A DNA stretch of 64,000 bases from an uncultured Actinomycetes bacterium (GTDB lineage Bacteria; Actinomycetota; Thermoleophilia; Gaiellales; JAICJC01). Below, piece by piece: positions 52,590 through 62,242 of this stretch (the stretch's first letter is position 1; the number at the start of each line of letters is the position of its first letter). The stretch is from NCBI GenBank assembly GCA_963746115.1, contig CAVVAA010000004.1:431218-495217 (forward strand). The letters are read 5' to 3'. A program made the translations under genes and the position numbers. The notes under the pieces are model-generated. The model was not told the DNA's origin. It saw only the letters and a list, made by a program, of their open reading frames with translations, and ran no database searches.

Positions 52590-53921
52590 CAGGGGGACGT
52601 GGAACTCGAGCGTCGTCCCCTCCCCCGGAGTGGAGGTGACCTGGAGCGCGCCGCCGGCCGCGCGCAGGCGCTCGCGGGTCGTCTCGAGGCCGATGTGCAT
52701 CGCCCGGCGCGAGCGGCGCTGGTTCGTGCGGAAGCCGCGGCCGTCGTCGGCGACGCGCCCGTGCAGCGCGCCGCGGCGCTCGCCCAGCCGGATCACGACG
52801 TGGGTGGCGCGGGCGTGGCGGCGGACGTTGATGAGCGCCTCGCGCACCGTCCGGTAGACGAGCGTCTCGACCTCGTCGGGGTAGCGGCGCGAGCGCGTGC
52901 GCACGCTCACCTCGGCGCCGGTCTCGCGGGCGAGCGCCGCGGCCAGGTCGCGCACGGCCGCCGAGAGGCCGGCCGCCTCGAGCAGCTGCGGACGCAGCTC
53001 GAAGGTGAGCCGGCGGGTGCGCTCGGTCGCGTCGGCGAGCACCTTGCGGGCCGCGGCGATCGCCTCGCGGGCGGCATCGGCGTCGCCCTGGCGCAGGTGG
53101 CGGTCGCAGCGGTCGAGCTCGAGCAGCGACGCCGTCATCACCTGGATCGTGTCGTCGTGCAGCTCGGCGGCGATCCGGCCGCGCTCCTCGTCCTCGGCCC
53201 TGATCATGCTCTCGAGCAGCGCCTGGCGGCGGCTCTCGGCCTCGCGCAGCTGCCGCGACATGTCCCGTTCGACCGTGACGTCGCGATAGTTCAGGACGAT
53301 CCCGCGCACCGCCGGATCGTGCAGCAGGTTGGTGGCGACGCCCGCGACGGTGCGCCAGCTGCCGTCGCGGTGGCGGAGGCGGAACTCGGCCTGGATCTGC
53401 TCGCCGGGGCGCTCGTGCAGCTCGGCCAGGATCTCGCGGGCGCGGGCGGCGTCCTCGGGCCCCATCAGGTCGAGCGGCGTGCGGCCCTCGAACCACTCCG
53501 GCGGGCGGCCGACGACGGCCCCCATGCTCGGGTTCTGGTAGACGACGATCCCGCGCTCGTTCACGATCGTCACCGCCTCGCCCGCGTGCTCGACGAGCGC
53601 CTTGAAGAGCCGGCCCGCCCGGTCGGCGATCTCGTAGGACGTGCGCTCATCGGTGACGTCGACGATGATCCCGTGGACGAGCGGCTCCGCGTCGGGATCC
53701 GGCCGCAGCAGCAGCGAGCGCTCGTGGATCCAGCGCTCGCGGCCGTCGGGCAGGACGACCCGGTACTCGTCGCTCGGCGGCCCGCCGGTGCGCATGAACT
53801 CCTCGCTCTTGGCCACCACCCGCTGGCGGTCGTCGGGGTGGATGCGCTGCGACCAGACTGCGTAGCCGCTCGCCCACTCGGCCCGCGTGCACCCGACGAC
53901 GGCCTCGATCTGCGGGCTCAC
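52581..53921 (-). CDS. PAS-domain sensor histidine kinase (HisKA_3 / NarL-partner type)
   Basis: 446-aa ORF with GTG start. Two PAS-like segments. H-box ERGRIAAELHDDTIQ. ATPase VADDGRGF...GGALQVTSTPGEGTTL. PAS-like sequence continues in frame upstream of the start (see findings). Confidence 0.85.
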   Translation of the reverse strand: MSPQIEAVVGCTRAEWASGYAVWSQRIHPDDRQRVVAKSEEFMRTGGPPSDEYRVVLPDGRERWIHERSLLLRPDPDAEPLVHGIIVDVTDERTSYEIADRAGRLFKALVEHAGEAVTIVNERGIVVYQNPSMGAVVGRPPEWFEGRTPLDLMGPEDAARAREILAELHERPGEQIQAEFRLRHRDGSWRTVAGVATNLLHDPAVRGIVLNYRDVTVERDMSRQLREAESRRQALLESMIRAEDEERGRIAAELHDDTIQVMTASLLELDRCDRHLRQGDADAAREAIAAARKVLADATERTRRLTFELRPQLLEAAGLSAAVRDLAAALARETGAEVSVRTRSRRYPDEVETLVYRTVREALINVRRHARATHVVIRLGERRGALHGRVADDGRGFRTNQRRSRRAMHIGLETTRERLRAAGGALQVTSTPGEGTTLEFHVPLPE

Positions 53922-54114
53922 CCATACCGACGTGCCGTCGAGGCGGTCGATGTAGAAGGCGGCCGGGAGCGTCTCGATCAGGGCGGCCCAGGGCGGTTCC
54001 GGGTCGCCCGATGGTGTGCCGGAATCGTCGTCCAGGGATCCGTGCGGGTGATGATCGGTCGTGGCGGCCGCCTCGTCGGCGTGTCATGTTCTCACGGGCC
54101 GGACGGCGCCGCAA

Positions 54115-55045
54115 TCACCCGGAGCGAGGAGTGGGTGCCGCCGGCAGCCCGCCCGCCGGCAGGCGGCGCCGGGCCACCGCCGCCGGGTGGGGACGGCGCA
54201 CGTCCCAGGCGAGGCCGGCCCGCTCGAGCCCGCGGATGACGAGGCCCGTGACGTCCGGCCCGGAGCCCATGCCGTGGTAGGCGGCGGCCGGGAAGGCGTG
54301 GTGGTTGTTGTGCCACCCCTCGCCGAATGCGAGGACGGCGATCAGGCGGTTGTTCCGGCTCTCGTCGCCGGTGGCGAACGGCTGCGACCCGAACGTGTGG
54401 CAGATCGAGTTGACCGCGAACATGGAGTGGTTGTGGATGGCCATCCGCACGATGCCGCCCCAGAGCAGCCCCCGCCACCCATCCACGAGGGCGGGCACCG
54501 CCAGCCCGAGCGCGAGCCACAGCACCGACGTGCGCTCGATCGCCATCACCACGGGGTCGTTCATCAGGCGGCGGCAGTAGCGGTCGCGCTTGGCCGGGCT
54601 GACCGCGAACATCCAGCCGACATGGGCGTGGAGCAACCCGTCGACCGGGCTGTGCGGATCGCCTTCGCGGTCGGCGTGGGCGTGGTGCTCGAGGTGGCGG
54701 GCGGCCCAGTCGATCGGGCGGCTGGGGACGGCCATCGCGCCCGCGGCGAGCGCGGCTCCGGCGATCCACGGCGTGGTGCGGAAGCTGCGATGGGTGAGCA
54801 GGCGGTGGTAGCCGAGCGACGTCCCCAGGCCGGTGATGACGGCGAACGTCGACCAGGAGCACGAGGTCGACCGGCGCGAACGCCCGCTGCCACAGCGCCC
54901 ACATCGCGTAGGCGGCGGCGAGCAGCGGGCCGATCACGAACACCGCGATCGCGGCTCGCACGACGACGGGGGCGAGCCGCCGCTCGAGCGTCTTCACCGC
55001 GGCGAGCACGGCCAGCACGGCGACGACGGGAATGACCGTCGTCAT
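54115..55045 (-). pseudogene. Acyl-CoA (stearoyl-CoA-type, delta-9-like) fatty-acid desaturase, one frame break near 54848
   Basis: ATG 55045 overlaps the upstream stop (ATGA). MTTVIPVVAVLAVLAAV...DLVLLV | FAVITGLGTSLGYHRLLTHRSF...HLEHHAHADREGDPHSP...WHNNHHAFP (three His boxes). Length 931 nt = 3n+1. Confidence 0.8.
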
Positions 55046-55434
55046 GCCGTCTGCCGCTGCACGCGCATCGCGACGATTCCGAGCGCGAGCGTGATCGGCC
55101 CGACCAGGAGGTGGAACACGTTCTCGCCCCGGTCGAGCCGGAGGCCGAACGGGTGGTGGACGGCGAGCCCGAGCACCGCGAGCGCCGTGTAGAAGACGCC
55201 GAAGGCGAGCGTGAGCTGGGCGTACCCGCGCTCGCTCATCCCCCGGCCGGCCAGCACCAGCATCACGGCCCCCCAGGCCACGTGGATGAAGGCATGCCGG
55301 GGATCCGAGTTGGCGAAGCGGTTGGGGAGCTGGTTCGAGGCGTTGCCGCTCCAGTCGAGCGCCCACGACACGAGGCCCTGGCCGAGGAGCGTGGCGCCGA
55401 GGATGATGAGGTAGGGCCGAAGGGTCGGCGTCAC
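55042..55434 (-). CDS. Small integral membrane protein (DUF4383-like)
   Basis: Last 130 codons of track ORF 55042..57681(-), from GTG 55434, which overlaps the upstream stop (GTGA). Four hydrophobic spans. HVAWGAVMLVLAG...ENVFHLLVGPITLALG. Confidence 0.55.
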   Translation of the reverse strand: MTPTLRPYLIILGATLLGQGLVSWALDWSGNASNQLPNRFANSDPRHAFIHVAWGAVMLVLAGRGMSERGYAQLTLAFGVFYTALAVLGLAVHHPFGLRLDRGENVFHLLVGPITLALGIVAMRVQRQTA

Positions 55435-56228
55435 GTCGGCTCCACGTCCCGCCGAAGCGAGGCCGCGCCGGCCGCCGTGAACCCGGCCAGGCCCGCGGCC
55501 AGCCCGGCCGCCCAGACCCAGGTCGACGGGCCGCCGTCGAACTTTGCGTGGTGGACGAGCGAGGCGACCGCCGCCGTGGCGACGAGGACGAGCGAGCTGA
55601 GCGCGAACGGCCGCACCGCCTCGGGGCGGGACTCGTTGGCGGCGAGCGCCGCCCCGAGCGCGAACGCCAGGAAGATCGCGGCGTAGGTGCGGGCGAGCAC
55701 CGCGGTGAGCGCCCACGGCCACATCCGCACGGCCAGGCTCGGCGCCGCGGCAAGGATGACGCCGAGCAGCCCGAATACGACGGCCTGGGCGATGAACACC
55801 GGGGTCGTGCGATGCCGGCCGGGTCGGGCCGGACGGGCGAGGTGCAGGGCGCGCAGGATCGCGACCCCGGCGATCGGCTCGAGCACGTAGGACAGCAGCC
55901 ACGGATAGGGGATGCCGTCCGCCGTGTAGGTCGACCAGTACCAGATGGTGGCGGCCAGCAGCAGCGTCGTCACGGCGACGAAGCCGAACAGGTAGATGCG
56001 GGCGTCCACCGCCCGGCGCACGACGGCGGATGCGATCAGCCCGGCCGCCCCGGCCAGGTAGAACGAGGCGACGAACCGGGTGTTGAGCGGGGTCGTCTGC
56101 AACGGGAACCCGACCACGTGCGCCGGGCGGAACAGGCCCGTCAGCCCGATCGCGAGGCCCTGCACCGCGCCGATCAGGAGGTACGCGCGGAGCCACCAGG
56201 GGACGCCAGTTGGTGATGGTTGCAACAT
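55431..56228 (-). CDS. Integral membrane protein of unknown function (~265 aa, about 8 hydrophobic spans)
   Basis: Track ORF 55431..56255(-). ATG 56228 (MLQPSPTGVPWWLRAYLLIGAVQGL) or the track start 56255. No family recognised. Confidence 0.6.
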   Translation of the reverse strand: MLQPSPTGVPWWLRAYLLIGAVQGLAIGLTGLFRPAHVVGFPLQTTPLNTRFVASFYLAGAAGLIASAVVRRAVDARIYLFGFVAVTTLLLAATIWYWSTYTADGIPYPWLLSYVLEPIAGVAILRALHLARPARPGRHRTTPVFIAQAVVFGLLGVILAAAPSLAVRMWPWALTAVLARTYAAIFLAFALGAALAANESRPEAVRPFALSSLVLVATAAVASLVHHAKFDGGPSTWVWAAGLAAGLAGFTAAGAASLRRDVEPT

Positions 56229-57609
56229 GATCGCCGGCTGGCGACAATACCGCACCTTGGTGCACGATCACCGTCTTCCGCCGGGGCCGGGACCCGCAGG
56301 ATCGCTGCGCGTCATGGCCGGCCTCCACCGCGACCCCCTTGCCGTGATGTCGGGCCTGCAACGGCGCCACGGCGACCTGGTGCATTTCCGGATCGGCCCG
56401 CAGCACGTCTTCGTCGTCCTGCGGGCCGACCTGATCCGGGCGGTGCTGGTCAACCACCAGAAGTCGTTCAAGAAGGGGCCCGGGTTCGAGGCGGCGCGGA
56501 TCGTGCTCGGGGACGGGCTCCTGACCAGCGAGGGCGACTTCCATCTGCGCCAGCGGCGGATGCTGCAGCCGGCCTTCCATCGCCGGCGGGTGGCCGCCTA
56601 CGCCGGCATCATGGTCGAGGAGGCGGCCCGCGTCGGGGATGCGTGGAGCGACGGCGAGGTGCGCAACGTCGCCGTCGACATGAGCGGCCTCGCGCTGCGC
56701 GTGGTGACGCGGGCGCTCTTCGGCGCCGAGCTCGACGACGACGCCCGCGACATCGGCCGCGCGGTCGCCGAGGTGGGCGAGTTCTTCGACTACCTGACGA
56801 TCGCGCTCCTGCCGGTGCTGCTGCGGACGCCGCTGCCGCGCGTGCGCCGGTTCCGGCGCGGCATCGACGACCTCGAGGGGGCGACGGCGCGCGTGATCGC
56901 CGGCCGCCGGTCGGCGGACGCCGGCGCGGACGGCGACCTGCTCTCGATCCTGCTCGCCGCTCGCGACGTCGAGGGCGACGGCACCGGCATGAGCGACGAG
57001 CAGGTCCGCGACGAGGCGCTGACGCTGATCACGGCCGGCCACGAGACGACCGCCAACGGCCTCACCTGGACGTGGCACCTGCTGGCGGGGCATCCGCAGG
57101 TCGAGGAGCGGTTCCACGCCGAGCTCGCGCGGGTGCTGGGAGGCCGTTCGCCGGGGGTCGACGACGCGGCCTCCCTGGAGTACACCGAGGCGGTCCTGCT
57201 CGAGTCGATGCGGCTCTACCCGCCGGCGTGGGGGATCGAGCGCCGGGCTGTGCGCGACCAGGAGATCGGCGGGTACGTCATCCCGGCGGGCGCGGCCGTG
57301 CTGATGCCGACGTTCGTCACCAACCGCGACCCGCGGCTCTACCCCGATCCGCTCCGGTTCGACCCGGAGCGATTCCTCGGCGCCCCTGCCGCGGCCCGGC
57401 CCGACTGGGCCTATCCGCTCTTCGGCGCGGGCACGCGCAAGTGCATCGGCGTCGGCTTCGCGATGCTCGAGGCGGTGCTCGTGATGGCGGAGCTGGGGCG
57501 GCGCTTCCGGCTGCGCCCCGATCCGGGCCACGCGGTCGTGCCGCAGGCGCGCGTCTCGCTGCGCCCCCGCGACGGCCTGTGGATGCGGCCCGAGGCGAGG
57601 GCGGCGTGA
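56227..57609 (+). CDS. Cytochrome P450
   Basis: ATG 56227 within track ORF 56080..57609. PPGPG near the N-terminus. I-helix AGHETTA. EXXR ESMRLYPP. Heme loop FGAGTRKCIGVGFA. Confidence 0.9.
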   Translation: MIAGWRQYRTLVHDHRLPPGPGPAGSLRVMAGLHRDPLAVMSGLQRRHGDLVHFRIGPQHVFVVLRADLIRAVLVNHQKSFKKGPGFEAARIVLGDGLLTSEGDFHLRQRRMLQPAFHRRRVAAYAGIMVEEAARVGDAWSDGEVRNVAVDMSGLALRVVTRALFGAELDDDARDIGRAVAEVGEFFDYLTIALLPVLLRTPLPRVRRFRRGIDDLEGATARVIAGRRSADAGADGDLLSILLAARDVEGDGTGMSDEQVRDEALTLITAGHETTANGLTWTWHLLAGHPQVEERFHAELARVLGGRSPGVDDAASLEYTEAVLLESMRLYPPAWGIERRAVRDQEIGGYVIPAGAAVLMPTFVTNRDPRLYPDPLRFDPERFLGAPAAARPDWAYPLFGAGTRKCIGVGFAMLEAVLVMAELGRRFRLRPDPGHAVVPQARVSLRPRDGLWMRPEARAA

Positions 57610-58549
57610 CCGCCGGCTCGCATGGTCCCGGCCTCCGCGAGGCGCTCTGGGCGTGGGCGATCTGGGGCGTGGTCGCCGCAACGGTGTTCGTGACCTACTC
57701 CCGCCTGCCGTCGCGGGACTTCTACAACGTCACGGGGACAGGCGTCTGGTCGGGGGCGGCCCGCGTGCTCGTCCTCGCGGGCTGGCCGATCTCGCTGGCG
57801 GCGGTCGCGCTCATGGCGGTGGCGGTCGATCGGCTGCTCGCCGCCCGGCTCGATCAGGGCCTGCGCCGGGCGGTGACGGCGGCCGCGGTCGCGGCGACGG
57901 TGCTGTGCGCGACGATTGCGCTTCCGGGCGTGATCAAGCAGTCAGACCTCGACGCGAAACCCGCCAACCTGCTCGCGGGGATCGGTGTCCTTCGGCCCTC
58001 GGGCTGACGCTGTTCGCCCTGCGCCGCACCGGCGCCGGGCCCCCGGCCGAGCGCGGTCGAGGTGACCGGATCGCGCTCTGGGTCGCAGCGGTCTACGCGC
58101 TCGCCGCCCTGCCCTGGATCTTCGCGAACCTCGGCGTCTACGTCGGTGACGTCCCCGGCCTGCACCCCGTCTTCATGTCCAGGGAGGTCCTGCCCGAGCC
58201 GGGGCATCCGCATCTGCACGCCGTCCACCTCGGAAACCACGAGGGTCTCGACGGCTGGCTGCTCGCCGTCACGGCGCTGCTTCTGCGGCCGGTGCTCGTG
58301 CGGATGCGGCCGACGCGGCTGCGCCCGGTCCTCGGCGCATACCTCGCGCTCCTGCTCGGCTACGGCGTGATGGTGTCGGCGAACGACGGCTGGAACGAGC
58401 AGATCGTCAAGCGGCGGTGGACATCCCACGGCCTTCCGGACGTGCTCACCCCGAACCTGAGCGTCGGCTGGGCGATCCTGATCGCCGCCACCGTCGTCCT
58501 CTATCTCGTCGCCTTCCGGGTGCGGCCGGCGACGCCCGTCGCCGCTTGA
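57606..58549 (+). pseudogene. Integral membrane protein of unknown function, one -1 frame break near 57990
   Basis: GTG 57606 overlaps the P450 stop (GTGA). ...ANLLAGIGV | SALGLTLFALRRTG...ALPWIFANLGVYVGDVPGLHPVFMS. Adding one T to the tt run at 57991-57992 restores a single frame. Length 944 nt = 3n+2. Confidence 0.55.
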
Positions 58550-58583
58550 CCGCGCCCGCGGCCTTCGGCACGATGCTCCCGGC

Positions 58584-59945
58584 ATGAGCGACCGCATCGA
58601 CCCCGTCCTCGTCCACGCCGCCGAGTCGGCCGTCTTCCACCGCGAGCTCGACCGCGGCTACCCGCTGATCGAGCGGGGCGAGGGGATGTGGCTCATCGAC
58701 GCCGACGGCAACCGCTACCTGGACGCGGTCGGGGGCGGGGCGATGGTTGCCTCGCTCGGCGCCGGGGCGGCCGACGTGGTCGCGGCCGCCGCCGCCCAGC
58801 TGGGCGAGCTCGCGTTCATCTACAACCAGCAGTTCACGAGCCCGGCCCAGGAGCGGCTGGCCCGGGAGCTGATCGCGCTGGCGCCCGGATTCGCGCGCGT
58901 CCACTTCACGAGCGGCGGCGCCGAGGCGAACGAGACGCTGCTGCGGCTCGCCCGCGCCTACCACGTCGAGCGCGGTGAGCCGGAGCGCTGGAACGTGATC
59001 TCGTTCGCGCAGGCCTACCACGGGCCGACGATGGCGACGCTCGCGCTGACGGGGCGGCCGGGTCTCCACGGGCCGAACGGCCCCTACCTGCCCGGGTTCA
59101 TCCACGTTCCGCCGCCCACGCGCCGCTTCGACCCTACGGCTGAGCGCACGCTCGCCGCGATCCGCGACGCGATCGCCGAGCACGGTGCGGGGACGATCGC
59201 GGCGTTCTTCTGCGAGCCGGTCTCGGCCGCGGCGATGCCCGCGTTCCGGCCGCCCGACGCGTTCTGGCTCGGACTGGAGGAGCTGCGCCGCGAGCACGGC
59301 TTCCTGGTCTGCCTGGACGAGGTCGTGACCGGCATGGGGCGCACCGGCACCTGGTTCCACGCCCAGCAGCTGCCGCTGCAGCCGGACATCGTCTCGACGG
59401 CGAAAGGCCTCGGCGCCGGCTATGCCCCGGTCGCGGCAGTGCTCTGTCGCGAGCACGTCTACGCCGCCGTCGCCGGAGGGTCACGCAGCTTCGAGCTCGG
59501 CCATACCTGGGACGGCGCGCCGCTTTCGTGCGCTGTCGGCCTCGCGGTGATCGAGCATCTGCGGCGGGAGGGGCTGGTCGACCGGGTCGCGGCGCGCGGC
59601 CCGGAGCTGCGGGCGGCGCTGGCCGACGCGCTGGCCGGGAGCCCGATGGTGGCCGAGGTGCGCGGCCAGGGCTTCCTGCTCGGTATCGAGTACGCGGACC
59701 CGGCCGACGCCGAGTCGTTCCTCGATCCGGCGCTTCGCATCGCCCCGCGCATCGACCAGGAGGCGCTGCGCCGCGGCCTCATCGTCTACTCCACCCAGCC
59801 CACCGCGGACGGCTACGCCGGCGACCAGACGCTGCTCGCCCCGGCGTTCAACGCCACCGACGCGGAGCTCGAGCAGATGGTCGAGCGGATGCGGGCGACG
59901 GTCGCCGCCGTGCACGCCGAGACGTTCGCCGCCAGCCCCGGCTGA
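58584..59945 (+). CDS. Class-III (omega) aminotransferase family protein
   Basis: 453-aa ORF. FTSGGAEANE...LDEVVTGMGRTGTWF...DIVSTAKGLGAGYAP (PLP Lys). Confidence 0.88.
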   Translation: MSDRIDPVLVHAAESAVFHRELDRGYPLIERGEGMWLIDADGNRYLDAVGGGAMVASLGAGAADVVAAAAAQLGELAFIYNQQFTSPAQERLARELIALAPGFARVHFTSGGAEANETLLRLARAYHVERGEPERWNVISFAQAYHGPTMATLALTGRPGLHGPNGPYLPGFIHVPPPTRRFDPTAERTLAAIRDAIAEHGAGTIAAFFCEPVSAAAMPAFRPPDAFWLGLEELRREHGFLVCLDEVVTGMGRTGTWFHAQQLPLQPDIVSTAKGLGAGYAPVAAVLCREHVYAAVAGGSRSFELGHTWDGAPLSCAVGLAVIEHLRREGLVDRVAARGPELRAALADALAGSPMVAEVRGQGFLLGIEYADPADAESFLDPALRIAPRIDQEALRRGLIVYSTQPTADGYAGDQTLLAPAFNATDAELEQMVERMRATVAAVHAETFAASPG

Positions 59946-59948
59946 CCG

Positions 59949-61179
59949 TCAGGCGCCGGCGGCGTCGGGCTGCGGCACCCGCCACAGGATCCAGGCGATC
60001 GGCGAGACGACGATGATCGTCGCCCCGACCGCCAGCGCGCCCACGCCGGCCGACTCCAGGCCGTAGCCGCCGATCAGGGCCAGGCTGGCTCCGAGCAGTG
60101 CGGCGACCAGGTCGTTGAACCCGAGCAGCTTGCCCCGTTCGCCGGGCGCGGTGCTGTCGGCCATCTGCGCCGTCGCGGCCACGAAGGAGATGTTCCAGCC
60201 GATGCCGAGCCCGAAGAGCAGGAGGGCGGTCATCGGCACGCTCCCGAACCATTGCAGGCAGAGGGTCGATGCGCCCATCACGGCGAGCCCGGCGACTGAG
60301 CGCCGGCGTGCGGCCGATGCGGTCGATCAGGGCGCCGACCACGAGCACGAGCGCGTACATGCCGAGCACGTGCGCGCCGATGATCGGGAAGACGGAGTCC
60401 TGCGAATGGTGGTGCTCCTCGACGACCACGTACCCGGCCAGGTTCATCACCGAGACCATCACGCCGAAGCTGGCCAGGCTCGCGACCATCGCCAGGATCA
60501 CGCCGGGCCGGCGCAGGATCTCGGCGAGCGGCGCCGCGGTGGGCGGAGTCGCTTCCCGGCCCGGTCGCTGAGGAGCTGCGCGATCACCCGCGTGTCCGGG
60601 CGCACGAGCAGGACGACCACGAGCGCGATGAGCGCGATCCCGGCGGCCGAGCCACGGCACCGTCAGCTCGGCGGCGTCGAGCTTGCGGTCGGCGAACATC
60701 GGGCTGAAGACCGCCGGCCCCAGCACGGCTCCGACGACCGCGCCCGAGAGGACGTAGGAGATCCCCCGCGCGCGGTGGGCGGCCGCGTACATGTCGCCCG
60801 CCGCCGCCCGGATCAGGAGCGACGTGGCCTGGCCCATGCCGATCAGGACGAAGCCGGCCAGGAGCACCGGCACCGACGACGTGTGCGTGGCGAGCGCGGT
60901 CAGCGCGCAGCCGGCGGCCGCGGCGACGAAGCCGGCGGCGAGGACGGGCCGGCGCCCGTACCTGTCCATCGTCCGCCCGGCGACGACCGCGGTGAGCCCT
61001 GAGGACGTGAGGAAGATCGCCGGCCCGAGCCCGAGCAGGCCGCGCTCGCCGGTGACGAGCACAAATGTGATCGACGAGACCGCGGATGCCAGCTGCAGCA
61101 CCACGGAGTTCACGGCCGTGACGGTGGCCAGGACGAGCGTGTTCCGGCGGATCGTCCGGTCGAGGTCGGGCACGCACAT
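59949..61179 (-). pseudogene. MFS transporter, at least three frame breaks (~60295, ~60545, ~60655)
   Basis: N-terminal MCVPDLDRTIRRNTLVLATVTAVNSVV...DRYGRRPVLAAGF... . The mid section only reads as TM helix (AAGIALIALVVVLLVRPD) in another frame. C-terminal piece is track ORF 59949..60281. Confidence 0.7.
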
Positions 61180-61226
61180 AGCCTCGCAGATCCCGCGGCG
61201 GCGCCTATGATCGAGGGCGACCGCCC

Positions 61227-62242
61227 ATGCCAGCTTCCACGCCGATCGAGCTCGACGCCGCCGGCCGCACCGTCGCGGTGTCCAACCCGGACAAGGTCTT
61301 CTTCGCCGAGCGCGGCGAGACGAAGCTCGACCTGATCCGCTACTACCTCGCCGTCGAGGACGAGCCGTGATGCGGGCGCTGGGCGGGCGGCCCGTGCTGA
61401 TGGAGCGCTACCCGAACGGGCGCGGGCGGCACGTCGTTCTTCCAGAAGCGCGTGCCCGCGAACGCCCCGGAGTGGCTGCAGACGACGACGCGTGCAGACG
61501 CCGAACGGCACCCCGTCGCGCGCGCTCGTCGTCGCCGACGTCGCCCACCTGGCCTGGGCGGTGAACCTGGGCTGCCTCGGCTTCCACGTGTGGCCGTACC
61601 ACGCCGCCGATCCCGACCACGCCGACGAGCTGCGCATCGATCTCGACCCGTCGCCCGGTGTCACGTTCGCGATGGTGCGCGAGGCCGCCGCCGAGACGAG
61701 GCGCCTGCTGGACGAGCTCGGGTTGGCGTGCGGGCCGAAGACCACCGGCCGAAACGGCATCCACGTGTACGTGCGGCTCGAGCCGCGGTTCGACGCCTTC
61801 GCCGTCCGGGCCGCGGCGGTGGCGCTCGCGCGGGAGCTGGAGCGGCGCCGGCCCGACCTGATCACCGCCGCATGGTGGAAGGAGGAGCGCGGGGACGCGG
61901 GTGTTCTGCGACTTCAACCAGAACGCGCCGCACAAGACGGTGCTCGGGGCGTGGAGCGTGCGCCCGCGGGTCGGCGGCCAGGTGTCGACGCCGTTTCGCT
62001 GGGACGAGCTCGAGACGATCGCGCCCGAGGAGCTCACGCTCGCGAACGTGCCGGCGCGGGTGGCCGGGTCGGGCGATCCCTGGGAGCCGATGTCGGCGAC
62101 GCCGCAGCCGCTCGACCCGCTGCTCGAGTGGCACGAGCGCGACATGGCGGCGGGCCTGCAGGATGCGCCCTGGCCGCCGGTCTACCCGAAGATGCCCAAC
62201 GAGCCCGCCCGGGTCGCGCCCAGCCGGGCGCGCAAGACCTGA
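61227..62242 (+). pseudogene. Stand-alone LigD-type primase-polymerase domain (NHEJ PolDom), at least four frame breaks
   Basis: Pieces MPASTPIELDAAGRTVAVSNPDKVFFAERGETKLDLIRYYLAV | MRALGGRPVLMERYPNG | FFQKRVPANAPEWLQTT | VQTPNGTPSRALVVADVAHLAWAVNLGCLGFHVWP...TTGRNGIHVYVRL | VFCDFNQNAPHKTVLGAWSVRPRVGGQVSTPFRWDEL. Confidence 0.75.

Noticed and set aside
55042-57681. An 879-aa minus-strand ORF across the P450 locus.
   Set aside because: Only the last 130 codons (55042-55434) form a plausible membrane protein. The remainder is antisense to the 55431-56228 gene frame and to the P450, and is compositionally shadow-like.
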